Shown here one piece after another: positions 27,550 to 39,598 of a stretch of DNA of 64,000 nt. The notes under the pieces are model-generated. The model was not told the DNA's origin. It ran no database searches and was given only the letters and a program-made list of their open reading frames with translations. Made by a program: the position numbers and the translations under genes. The stretch comes from Phaeosaccion multiseriatum (taxonomy: Eukaryota; Protista; Ochrophyta, other classes): NCBI GenBank assembly GCA_965112735.1, contig OZ218953.1:992001-1056000 (forward strand), in the 5' to 3' direction. Numbering within the stretch: position 1 is the stretch's first letter; every line of letters begins with the position of its first letter.

Positions 27550-27891
27550 ATGGCGATGGTTGGCGGGACTTCAAGCGAGGATGCGCCTCCCTCGAGTACA
27601 AGGAGAGGCTCTGGTGCGGCTCCCGCGTCGGTGTCCAAGATGTTTCTCCCTGGCACACGAAGAAGGCAGTCAATCGCCGAGAAGCTCTTTCCCGATGTGG
27701 GCATGGAGACGGATTGTGCGGCCGCTACAGCGGCGGCGGCGGCGGGGGTGGGGGGTCATAGTGGAAAGAATGGCGAGGATCCTCCCGCTGGCACGGCTGT
27801 GCAGCGCAGCAGGAGGAAGAGTAGCGTCCAGTACCTGGCTTCGACTGAAGTAATGAGGAATGCGATGGTGAGGCAGGCCCTGTTCCACTTC

Positions 27892-27952
<61 letters not shown>

Positions 27953-30900
27953 TCTCTTCCCTTCTGAATCTCTCCCTTTCTCACCCCCTTTTTCTCACTC
28001 ACTGCGTCTCGCTCTGGTCCAAACTTTCTCTCTCTCTCTATCTCTCTCTCTCTCTCTCTCTCCCGCTCGTTCGCTCGCTCGCAACTATGGCTGGCAACGA
28101 CAAGACCGGCGTGACTGGCATTTCCGCCCTCTCAGGCACGCTGGACACGAGCCTCGACACCTCCGAGCGCATGCAGCAGCTCATGACCATGGCCAAGGAA
28201 AAAGGAATCCCCACCAAGCGGATATTCGGATTCTTCTTCTCACAGGAAGGAGGAGAAGGAGAGGAAGGGGACAAGGAAGAGGAGGAAGGCGATAATTTAT
28301 CGGAAACCCAGACGATCACTCTGCCTGCCTTCGAAAAGGCGCTGGTGCGATTGGGCTTCGACCTCGACCTCATGCTGACAGTCGCAGAAGGCGAGGAAGA
28401 AAGAGGAGCGGAAGAGCAGAGAACAGAGGGCATCGGAGGAGGGAAGGAAAAGAAGTGGGACAGGCAAGTCGAGCAGCTCTTTCGAACAATCGACTCCAAC
28501 CATGATGGCAAGGTTATGCTCAGCGAGCTGGTGCGGTGGTGTCTGGGCATTCCAACGGTGCCCTGGAAAGCGGAGCTGGCGAGGAGGGAGCGACGCCTTG
28601 CGAGCGAATTGCCGCCCAACTGCTCCAAAGAGGATCTGGTGGATCGCGCCGCGGAGGATATTATACAAGAGATGCTCGCTGCAAATGTCCACCAACGTAA
28701 GGAGCGGGAGAAGCATCAGCAGCAGGACCAGAAGCAGATGCAGAAGAAGCCTTGCAGACCCGAGGGAGCGAGCCCGTCTGCCCTCCTCGGCCCGCCGGCT
28801 TGCGCGCAGGCAAGTCGAGCCCAGACCAAGCATATGGAGCTCGGTACGCTCATCAGAACGGCGCGGAAACAGTTTTGGAGGACCAAGGAGGACGTGCATG
28901 TGTGCATCTATGAGAACAAGGTGAGGGCAGCAGAAGCCGCGAAAGGAGAGCGAGAGCGATGGTGGGGGGTTCACTCACTCACTCACTCACTCACTCACTC
29001 ACTCACTCACTCACTCACTCACTCACTCACTCACTCACTCACTCACTCGCTCCCTCACTTACTCACTCCCTCACTCACTCACTCACTCACTCACTCACTC
29101 ACTCACTCACTCACTCACTCACTCACTCACTCACTCACTCACTCACTCACTCACTCACTCACTCACTCACTCACTCACTCCCTCACTCACTCACTCACTC
29201 ACTCACTCACTCACTCACGCACTCACTCACTCACTCACTCACTGACTCACTGACACACACACTCACTCACTCACTCACTCACTCGCTCGCTCACTCACCC
29301 ACCCACCCACTCCCTCCCCCCCTCCCTCCCTCCCTCACTCACTCACTCACTCACTCACTCACTCACTCACTCACTCACTCACTCACTCACTCACTCACTC
29401 ACTCACTCACTCACTCACTCACTCACTCACTCACTCACTCACTCACTCACTCACTCACTCACTCACTCACTCACTCACTCAATCACTCACTCACTCACTC
29501 ACTCACTCACTCACTCACTCACTCACTCACTCACTCACTGACTCACTCACCCACTCACTCACTCACTCACTTCGCTTGTGTTCTCACTCCACAGGCGGAA
29601 GGATGCTTGATCGTTTGCACGCACGACGAGGCCAAGCCACATACCTTCCCGGTGCTGGTGCTGCTGACGGCCCTCATCCCCTTGAAAGCGGCTCGTGTGG
29701 CCGAGATCGAGGCAGAGCTGAAGCAGCAGCAAAAGGAGGCAGGCAAGACCAGCGCGGCTGTAAAAGCCCAGCGGCAAACCGCAGATCTCAACGGCAATAG
29801 CGGTGTAGAGAGCCCTGAGATGGCTGCTTTCGCCACCGCACAGCAGGGACAGGGGGGGGGGGAGGACGAGGGGGAGGACGAGGAGACTCGCTCTGCCTCC
29901 GCGCTGGCAGAAAGGGCTCGCTGTGCCGCTCTCTCCGAGTTCGTCATCTCTCGACTGCAAGTGCCTCCTCTACGCCCCGAGGAGGAGCAGGAGACAGCGG
30001 CCTTCCGAAGGGCCTCCAAGGGGGCTATCCTGGACATTGCCCTGCAGCCGCAAGTAGCGCTGCCTGGCAGCAGCAGGAGAGGCTCGGCTGTCAGTAGAAG
30101 GAGCAGCCTCAACAGCGTCAGTGGAGGTGCGGCCGTTGTCCGACCCGTGCGAGTATCGGAGGCTATCAAGCCTTCGCACAAATGTGAGTTGAGGTGGTGG
30201 AGAGCGTTGAGAGGCCCTAGGCGCAAAGGGTAGAGCAGGGGAAGGCAGGGCAGGGCAGGGCAGGGAAGGCAAAGCAGGGTAGAGAGACCCTCCTTCCTAC
30301 CTGTGCTCCGAGCAGCTGGGTGGGGTCGGGCCTCAGTGAGAGCCATCCTTCTGTGTGAGACCCTCCCGAGGGAGACTCAGGCAGAGAGGCCAGTTGGTTC
30401 GAAAAGCAAGGAGGGAGGCCGTGCGAGTGTACGGAGCAGCGGCTGTCTGCTCCTGAACTTCCAATGCTTTCTCTCTCGTGTCTCCACCCGCCCACGCGCC
30501 TTTGTCTTCCAACCCTCGCTCCTTTTCCTTCGGACTCAGATGACGGCGCTGGCCCCACTGGCTCCGACACTGACGACTCCGACGGCGATGACGATCACGC
30601 GAACGAGGGCCAAAGGGAAGGAGGAGGAACAGGAGGAAAGGAGCGTGGAACCACCACAGTGACCAGGAGGAAGTCGTCGCTGTCAGAGACTCGACCTCCC
30701 GACCAATCCCTCAAGGTTCGAGTTTCAGTGCTGGGGCTGAGCTTGTGTGGATACCTGCGCTTGACTTGGCGCGCTCTTTGACGCGCGCTTTCTTGCTTTC
30801 TTAACTCACGCACGCACGCATGCACGCATGCACGCACGCACCTACAGGCTAGAAAGGCCTCTGCGGACCAGGCGGAGGCCGAGGTGGCAGCAGCAGCGGC

Positions 30901-32078
30901 GGAGATGGAGAGTGCAAGAAGGCAACGCGCAGCAGCAGCAGGGGCAGGAGGGGCAAGTGGTACTTCCTCAGCTGGCTCGATTCGCAAGCCCTTCCTCGCC
31001 AAGCAAACGGGAGACGAGTGGGATCACCTGGGGCTTGGCGACGACGTTGTTGTGGTACTGTCGAGGCACCACCGATGGAAGGTACGAGGAGCACGTGGGA
31101 GAGGGGAGAGGGTCCTTAGGCATGAACTACCTTCTACTGGATCTACTATATACTTCTTCGTAGTACGATATTAGGAAGGAGAGGGATTCGTATGATGTAT
31201 CTCACGCCGATTGCCTACTGCTCCTTGCTGCTGCTGCTGCTGCTGCTGCTATAACAAATAGGTTCGCTCGTCGGTCAACATGGCTGAGTTTCGACGCAAG
31301 AGCTCTGCCTTCAACACTTCCATCCTCGGCTCGAGGAGGATGAGCGCCGCAGCCATGAATCTGGAGCTCGACACGAAAGAGGTGAGTGAGTGAGTGGAAG
31401 CGGCCAAGCAGTCAATGAGTGGCCAATGACTAGCTAGCGAGCGGAGTGGCTGGGCGCCTGAGTAGAATGCGTCCGCCTTGACGCTTGTTGGCTCTCCCCG
31501 CTTGACTGCTTGCTCGAACCACCTCTCAACGCCTCTCTCCCTCCCTGCCTCCCTCCCTCCCTCCCTCCCTCCCTCCCTCCCTCCCTCCCTCCCTCCCTCC
31601 CTCCCTCCCTCCCTCCCTCCCTCCCTCCCTTCCCATGCCTTTCCGTTCCGCTTCACTCCTTTGCACTCCCTGGCTGCAGGTAATGGCGCAACTACAAAAT
31701 GCGCAGGGCACTCAGGCCCTTGAGGAGCTCGAGGCGAATCAGGCCGAGGGGCATGGGATGATGAGACCCGCCCTCTCTGAGACGAAGGAGAACAACAAGC
31801 CGAAGCCCACGCCCAGTACAAATGCGAGCAGGGGCGTGCAACCCATCCCTCCTGCGAAGGGCTCCTCCAAGGGCGATAGAAAAGACTTCTCCTCCACCAC
31901 CTCCTCCTCCACCGCGTCGCCAACCCGGCGGGGATCCGGCGGTGCCCCGAGTGCGAAGGCATCAAAGGTCTCCGAGGCGGCAAAGGCGGCAGGGAGCGGC
32001 GACAGTAGCCGCACTCGTAGCGGAAGCAAGAGCAGCGCGGAGGTTCGCCGGCCCTCCAAGACCTCCTCCAAGAACTAG
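27550..32078 (+). CDS. EF-hand calcium-binding protein of unknown function; exons approx. 27550-27867, 28105-28920, 29594-30183, 30540-30714, 30848-31081, 31262-31381, 31680-32078
   Basis: Canonical EF loop LFRTIDSNHDGKVMLSELVRW, an earlier degenerate EF-like helix (ITLPAFEKALVRLG), consistent GT-AG phases and an Arg/Ser-rich tail. Start codon is uncertain. Confidence 0.7.
28971..29570. repeat. (ACTC)n tetranucleotide microsatellite filling an intron
   Basis: About 600 bp of ACTC repeats between donor 28921 and acceptor 29593. Confidence 0.95.
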
Positions 32079-32096
32079 GTAGAAAGTAGATGATGT

Positions 32097-32215
32097 TCGA
32101 CCCCTGACGTGCTATCGACCACATTCTCTAGGCATGCTTTCGGGCCCTCGGCCGCCAGCCGATAGCAGATAGCACGCCGGCTGACGCTGGCGATAGTGAT
32201 AGCAGATAGATAGCG
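32097..32215. mobile_element. Partial MITE-like element (GATAGC family), left end
   Basis: Begins TCGACCCCTGACGTGCTATC, matching the reverse complement of the 14861-14871 end; many GATAGC motifs. Confidence 0.45.
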
Positions 32216-32549
32216 GTAAATATAGGAATCACCTAAGAAATTGAAAGGGAAGGGAAGTGTGTGTGTGTATGTGTGTGTGTGTGTGTGCGGGTATCGCTGT
32301 GTCTCCGGGGCCCTCGAGGGGGCGGTTACTCCCCCTCGAGGGCGGGGAGGGGGAGTGCAGGACCGGCTCCGCGGTTGAGCCGACCCAGGAAGGCGCGCTC
32401 TCGCTCCGAGAGCAGAGATGATATATGACCTAAGCACAAATGACAAATGAGAAAGAATTGAAGAACCAACTTGTGAAGTAGGCCCCCCCTTCTTCTCCTA
32501 AACTATCATCCTTCTTGAAGCAGGCAAGGGGAGGAGAGGGGTAGTCGGA

Positions 32550-34764
32550 ATGGAAAAGGAGGAGGAGGAGGAGGAGGAGGAGATGGATTTTCAAGTGGAG
32601 GACTCGGCTGCTTTCGAGCTTGCGACACCGTGTGCGAGGAAAGGGAGACACGTGGTTACGAGGAGAGATGTCAAAGCCGGAGAGGAAGTGATAGCGACGA
32701 GCTGCTTTGCGGCCGTACCTGCGGACAGTGAGCTGGGATTAAGGTGCCAGCGTTGTCTCCGAAGGTTGGGCGCCTCAACGGAGCCCTACAGCGAGGGTGT
32801 GCAGTGCGGGTGCCGACATGCTGTGTATTGCAGTGACGAATGCATGAACAAGGAGAGGGAGATGCACGAGGATGGCGGGGAGTGCTCTGCCCTGCAAAGG
32901 CTTCCCAGTTTAGGCATTGAGGGCGGCACGATGCCTATTCGACTAATAATACGCGTGGCGGCTTGGAGGGCGTCGGGCTTGACTGATGGCGATAGTCCTT
33001 TTACTTACCAACACGTGTCTATGTTGGAATCCCATGTCGCCGACGCGTCTCCAGACGAAGTCGAAGCCGTAAAAGCCGTGGCCCAGGCAATACGCCGGAT
33101 CATGACTCCACTTCCGCTGTCGCCGGGGCAAAGTCGTCCGACAAGGACGGCGGAACCCTTGAGGACGAAGGAGCTGGTGTCTCTCTTCTACGCCATTCAA
33201 TGCAACGCACACGGGGTGAAGGAGGAGCAAGGGCAAGGGCAAGGTGTCGCGCTGGCGGGATTGGGCCTCTTCCCCCTGGCGAGTATGCTGAATCACAGCT
33301 GTACTCCTAATAGCATTCACAGCTTCGTTGTAGGAGAGCAAGCCGGCAGGGTACCATCCGTCGTTTTCAAGGCCACCTCGAACATGGGTGAGGAACAGCT
33401 TGTCGCTTTTCGCAGTGGAGTGACTGCTACACTGCCAGCTCTGGATGAGCTCAACTCTTTATTATCCTTCGTTGCTACTTCTTATACACCTCACACCGTG
33501 TTCGTCTTCCAACAACATCACCCCTCCTCCCTCTCCCCAATCTAACCTTCCGACTTTGCCTCTCTCTCTGGCCTTTGCCCTTCCCATCGTCCCGAAAGCT
33601 GCCCGGGAGGAGATATGCTACTCCTATATCGATCTCTACGAAACCTCGGCCCGACGCCAGCTTCTCCTCCAGAGGGCCTACTTCTTCACGTGCTCCTGCC
33701 GGCGCTGCACTCAGGCAGAGGAGGTTGTAAACAGCGTACCACCAACAGCAACAGCAACAGCAACAGCAGTAGGGTTAGGGGCAGGGGTAGGGGCAGGGGC
33801 AGGCTCCGAGGAGAAATCAATCGGAGTGCACGATGCTGCCATCGACGGGCTCCAATGCCATCAAAAGGGGTGCGGTGGCGCTATGATTCCCAGTGCCATT
33901 GGGGCCATAGTGTGGTGCTACCGCTGTGGGGTGAAGTGTCCGAAGGCAGAGTACGAGGCCCGTCTTGTCACCGCTTCGAAGCAGGCAGAGAGCGGAGTCA
34001 CCCTGGGCCAAGCGGTGTTGTCGAGGCAGCCTGCCCCTACCGCGAAGGAGCTGGCGCTTGCGGCGACAGCACTCGGCAGGGGCATAGAACAGGGCAGCGG
34101 GAAGCTTCACCCACAGCACCGCCTCATCTACCTGTCCCTGTCGCTGCTGCTGCAAGTCACGGATGCTCAGCTGAGTGTACCAGGCCTTAGCTCCAACGGG
34201 AAAGTCGCCTTGCTCATGGTGAGAGAAGAGGCTTGTTGATGGGAGCGGAGCTGACGACGTGGGCCCACGCTTGCGAAGAAGAAGCGGGGTGTAGGCACAG
34301 AGTCCTATGACATGGGCACCCTCTCAGTCGCTCTCCCCCCTCCCTCCGTTTCTCCTCAGTCAAAGCTCAAGCATCTGAATGCTTCGATTGCGTGTCTGGA
34401 GCTGTGCCTTGGCGGCAATCACCCCGAGCTCGCAGATCTGTATGCCTCAGCGGGGAAGGCTTTTCTCTCGCTTGGCCCAAGCTGGGAGGAGGGCTGCCCA
34501 GCCGAGGAGGTAGCCGCCCTCTACTACATCTTGCCAGGGGGCGAAGAGCGAGGCAAAGGCCAGCCTGCCTCTGCTACCCCGGCAACAAACGACGCATCGT
34601 CCCCGAGCGGCGCAGTAGTAGCAGCACCACCACCATCACCACCACCCCCGCCGCCAGCAGCAGCAGCTTTCTGCCTGAGAAAGGCCCTCGAAATGTTCAC
34701 CATTTGCTGCCGAGACTCTGACCCCCGCCTTGTGGAGCTGCGGGGCCTCGAGTCGGCCCTATGA
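32550..34764 (+). CDS. SET and MYND domain lysine methyltransferase (SMYD family); exons approx. 32550-33388, 33599-34218, 34360-34764
   Basis: KGRHVVTRRDVKAGEEVI (SET-N); MYND CQRC..CGC..YCSDEC..H..C; QCNAH; GLFPLASMLNHSCTPN; EEICYSYIDL; post-SET YFFTCSCRRC; TPR-like C-terminus (LHPQH, GGNHPELA). Confidence 0.9.
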
Positions 34765-34820
34765 CGTTACATGGCCTGTGAAACTGCGAGGTCTCCGCAT
34801 CGGCGTTATGGCCTCCTTCC

Positions 34821-36035
34821 TCACAGCCTATGCGGGTCGTGTGCCTCACGTCTCCTCCCGGGCACGAGGTGCAGTGCTCTTCGCACCCCGAGCCTCAGAG
34901 CGGTGAAGAGGGCCGTGTAGGTCCTTGTCACGCTGTTGACGAGGAACGCCTTCGTGGACCATACCACGGCAACCGTAGCGTCTACTCGCTTGATGAACAT
35001 GTCCTCCCCAATTAAAGAGTCGTCGCTGTCCGAGCCATCGGATATGTGCAAGTCGATTATTGATGCGTCGCTTTCGCCCGAGCTCCTGCTGCTGTTGTCG
35101 TCACTGCTGCCGTCCCGCCCGTGCAGCAGCGCTTCTTCCAAGTCGCCCGCCACTCCCGTGACGGGTGTTGGTGCAGTGGTGGGTTGGCTCTCCGCCTGAC
35201 GGCTGCTGAACTGAGATCGAAGCCACGTAAGTGCTGCTGGAGTGCGTCCGTTCGATGCCGCAGACCGAGAGCGGAGTTTCCTTCTCCCAGCACTAGCAGT
35301 AGCGGCAGCGTACTCTTCGGCCACCCTACTCTCTTCTTCCTTCAAGCTGGCTTGGCCCTCGGGTGTCCGTATGGCCTGCCGGAAGGCTCTTTCTAAGTCT
35401 GAGTCCCAGCTGTATTCGGAGTCCGAAGAGTCAGAGCTCGAGCTTCCCGAGTCTGTATCTTTATTCTCCGAGCCCGAGCGTGAGCTTTGCCTGCTATCGC
35501 CATCGCTGGTGGATTCGGAGTCATTGCTGTCGTCGCTGCTGCTTCCCCCCACGCTTCTGCTGTAGGTGCTACTGTCGGTGTCTCTGCTGCTGTAGGTGCT
35601 GCTGCCGCTGCTTTCCTCGCTCCCTCTACTGCTGGCGCCATCGCTGGGGCTGCTTTCGCTATCGCTGCTGCTATCGCTATCGCTGCTGCTATCGCTATCG
35701 CTGCTGCTGCCACTGCTTGCGCTGCCGGCGCCAGCCGCACCTCGTAGAGCCGGAGGCTCGCCCACTTGGCCCTCTGCAGAAACGTTGGCCCAAGCAGACT
35801 CGCCCGTGATGTGGTTACTGCGGCGTGGGGGGGGGCATCAGAGGAAGGGGGCAAGCAGTGCAAGCACGTTAGTGGCTGGCGCTCGCTGGGCGGCACTTTC
35901 TTAGACTCACTAGTAATAGGGTCTCGCGCTGGAGCTGTAGTAGAGGGTCCAGCTCTGGCCAGAGGAGTTATCCTTCTGCCTAGTCTGAGACTCGGGCAGC
36001 AGGGGCTTCGGAGGCTCCCTACCTCGGCGTAGCAT
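34821..36035 (-). CDS. Ser/Asp-rich protein of unknown function; putative exons 36035-36023 and 35773-34821
   Basis: 314-codon stop-free frame. A 13-nt first exon (ATG CTA CGC CGA G|GT) joins CAG|AG GGC.. in phase. The C-terminus is non-repetitive and partly hydrophobic. Confidence 0.5.
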
Positions 36036-36135
36036 TTCGCTCTTAGCTCTCTCGTAGCCAATTCAGTTACAAACTTCAGGAGAGCTGAAACTCAAACCGG
36101 ATTTTGATTGAAGCATCCCTCTCAATCAACTCTCG

Positions 36136-37189
36136 ATGATGCTCCAGCTGCTCCGCGTAGGGGGGAGAACGTGTGCCCAAGCCGCTCCGACTTGCCGCTT
36201 GCTGTCCTCCGCGAAGGTACGGCAAGTGGGGAATGTTATCCTCCCTTTCCTCCTCACCCCCTTTTTTTTTGTGTTGCTCTTGCTCGAGCAGGGCGGTGGA
36301 GCTAGGCCCTTCGAGATTCTCGGCGTGCAGCACATTGCCATTGGTGGCCTGGACAAGGAAGAGCTTACCAGTCTGTGGTGCGACCGGTTGGGACTCCAGT
36401 GGGTGGACTCTTTCAAAAGCGAGGTTGGCAGCGAGAGGAGGGGAGGGAGGGAGGGAGGGAGGGAGGGAGAGGGGGAGAGGCGAATAAGTGTAATTAAGTG
36501 GACGCGTGCTGCCATGCCCATGTGCTGTGGCCAGGAATCCAGAGACAACGTTGCTTCCTCTCTCTCTCTCATCTCACTCATTTTCGCCTGTCTTGGTCCT
36601 AAACAAATCGAGCTCACCACCCCCCCACCCCCCCCCCTTGGTCTGCAGGCAGAAAATGTGGACGAGGACATCTTGCGGCTAGGTAGCGGCGTGCACGCGG
36701 TCGAAATCGACCTCATGCAGCCTTTGGACCCAGAAAAGCCACCAAAGGTAATCGAGAGAGAAAGTAAAGAGAGAGGGCGATAACACTGACACAGAGAGGG
36801 CGACAACATTGACAAAGAGGAGGGGCAGATATACGGAGATGAGAGTGTGAGGGAGGGAGCCGGCAACCTCACAACAAACAACCCCAACCCCAATCCCGCC
36901 ATGTTCTCTTCAGGTGCACATGCCGCCGCTCAACCACCTCGGGCTCTGGGTGCACCCGTTGCGGGCCTGTGTAGAACACCTCTCGTCACAGGGGGTGCGC
37001 TTCGCAGGAGGCATCAGGAGGGGCGCGGGGGGGCACGAGGTAGCCTTTATCCACCCGAAGGGGAATGAGAAGTATCCCCAGGGTGGGGGTGGTGTGCTCA
37101 TTGAGCTGGTGCAGGCGACTCCTGAAGTCATCGAGGCAAAGCAGCACGGCCAACCCAGCAGCGGCTCGAGAGGGGGCGGGCACGACTGA
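36136..37189 (+). CDS. VOC/glyoxalase-fold enzyme, methylmalonyl-CoA epimerase-like, probable mitochondrial presequence; exons 36136-36216, 36292-36423, 36649-36747, 36914-37189
   Basis: [81 protein letters not shown] has the H/E/H/E metal-ligand pattern. The N-terminus is Arg-rich and acid-free. Confidence 0.8.
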
Positions 37190-37556
37190 AGAGGAGGCAG
37201 AGATGGCTCTTTGTTCTTGTAAGTAAGTGGGGTTATCAATCGATAGACCGTTAGGTACTGCGCCTACCCATCCATTATGGAGATGTACAAACAAATGATT
37301 TTGCCGAAACGTGTTGCGTGTGTTCTGATCATTCTTCGGTAGCATGATACAAGGCCCTTCCTGCCGGTAGCAGGTAGCACGTCAGGGTCCAGTGTGTGTG
37401 TGTAACAAAATACATCCGCGCTGGTTACGAAGGATCAAATGAAGCGACAAATAGACTGTGCTTCAACTTCCTTTTGGCGGAACGCATACTGGAAAATTAC
37501 GGCCTAGGGCCACGACGAGAGTAGGCGTGTGTGCGTGATGTGTGTCGTGCGTGCGT

Positions 37557-37714
37557 TCAACCCCTGGCTGATGCACTATCGCCCACAGTCTCGATAGCGC
37601 GCTGAGGGGCCCGATAGCGCGCTGAGGGGCCCGATAGCGCGCGCTATCTGATAGCGGACAGCGGATCGGCTGGCGCCGGCGATAGCGGATAGCGGATAGT
37701 GCATCAGGGCTTGA
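37557..37714. mobile_element. MITE-like element (GATAGC family) with TIRs and candidate TSD GTGCGT
   Basis: Left TCAACCCCTG(GCTG)ATGCACTATC, right GATAGTGCATCAGGGCTTGA. GTGCGT flanks both sides (37551-37556, 37715-37720). Internal 20-bp tandem repeat CGATAGCGCGCTGAGGGGCC. Confidence 0.65.
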
Positions 37715-38203
37715 GTGCGTGTGTGCGCGCGTGTGTGCATGCGTACGTGCGTGGATGTGGGCTCTTTGGAGGGTACTCCCTCTCCCCCCCCCCCCTGCTA
37801 CAGTACTACTACAGACATGAAGACCCCAAGAAGAGAGAGAAGAAGGAAGAGACATCACAAGTGCCCAGGCCCCTATCACTTATCTATTATCTATCACGGC
37901 ATCTCAGGGAGGCGACCCCTCTTCTTTTTTTTTTCTCTCGCCCTTCCCCTTCCTTCACGCTTCCGCATCCGTAAAAATTGAGCCAAATTCAAGTCCCTTC
38001 GCAATTCCGTCTAAAAGTAAAGAATCACGTGTTGACTATCGTGCGGGCGCGAATTAAGGGCCTGCTTAAACCCCGCTGTGCTGACTCTCTTCCCACTGCT
38101 GCAGCTTCCGCGGGTGCGCTGGGCCTGTTTTGCTCTTGGACTTGGAGGAGCGAGGCTACCTGCTACCAAGGTAGTCCCGCTTGTTCTCGCGGGGAGGCCA
38201 GAG

Positions 38204-39561
38204 ATGAAGAGTCCTGGTGTGCCGGGAGCGCTGATGCTCCTTGGCTTCAAACTCTCGCAAACTCCGCAAACAGCATCAGGTAAGAGACAGCAGGCTGAGC
38301 GAGCACTGATGAGCGTCTGTGAGGAGGATGGCAGTGCTTTCGGCGAGGTAGCCGGAGTTTGGGTGCAAAGTACGGTACAGTGACGCTCCCCCAAATTTTA
38401 TTCCGTGTTCCTCTCCTCTCCACCCTGACAGCGTCTCTGGAGGTGGCGCCTGTCATCCCAACACCGAACTTGAGAAGCACGTGCACACCAAGGTACTGTT
38501 CAAAGTAGTAGTAGTTGTTGTAGCAGCGGCAGCAGCAGCAGCAGAAGAAGAAGAAGAAGAGGAGGAGGAGGAGGAGGAGGAGGAGGAGGAGGAGGAGGAG
38601 GAGGAGGAGGAGGAGGAGGAGGAGGAGGAGGAGGAGGAGGAGGAGGAGGAGGAGGAGGAGGAAGAGGAGAGGAGGAGGGGGGGGGGGGAGGAGGTGTGGT
38701 TTTGGTGGTGGTGGTCGATGAAATGCAGGTGGTCACGACGCTACGCGACGCTCTATCCTCCTTTGGCCTCTCCTCTCCTCTGCTCTCCTCCCAGATGCGC
38801 AAACACGTGGGACGAAGGGCAATACCGCTGCGACAAAGATGAGAATGGAAACGAGATTTGCAACACATATGAGCTCAAAGGGGAGCACAACTGCCATTTC
38901 CACTATTACGCCCGGCCGGAGATTGCACAATGTATGAGGGACGCTGGCCAGCAAAACGTCATCGTACTCGGGTGAGGTTGTTGGTCCTCTTGTGTCTCTC
39001 TTGAAGCACCGGGGGGGGGGGGGCGGGCTGAGGTGCCCGTCTTTCCAACTGCTGAGACAGGTGCTTGCAGAGCTACAGAGGTCGCTCGAAACGTGGACCA
39101 GCCTTTGTGTCTCACAGTCTCTTCTCCCTTTCTCTCTCGTGCTCGTGGTACTTTCATTCACCTCGCTCAGGGAAAGCACGGGGGTTGCTGTCATGTACTC
39201 TGCGCTAAGATGGGTGAGTGCAGAAAGCAGTGACATTGCAGTGCGTGTGTGTGTGTGAGAGAGAGAGAAGGAGAGAGACGGGCAGACAGAGAAAAATAGA
39301 GGGGGAGGGAGAGACAGGAGAGACAGACAGAGAGGAAGGGGAGGCAGACAGAAAGAAAAGAGGGAGATGGAGAGAGAGCGAAAGGAGAAGGAGATGGAGA
39401 GAGAGGGGAGATGGAGGGCGAGAGAAAAGAGAGAGGAGGGGGGAGACAAAGAGGGAAAGAGAGGTAGACTCTACCCTCCCAAATACCAAATACCACCCCT
39501 CCTTCCACGCCGTACGTATTGCCGCACGAGGATGATGGTATGAACCAGAGCGAAACACACA

Positions 39562-39598
<37 letters not shown>

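Noticed and set aside
28959-29590. 'SLTH' repeat protein
   Set aside because: (ACTC)n intron bounded by GT at 28921 and AG at 29593
36136-37189. Bacterial contamination
   Set aside because: Three spliceosomal introns with host-type microsatellites
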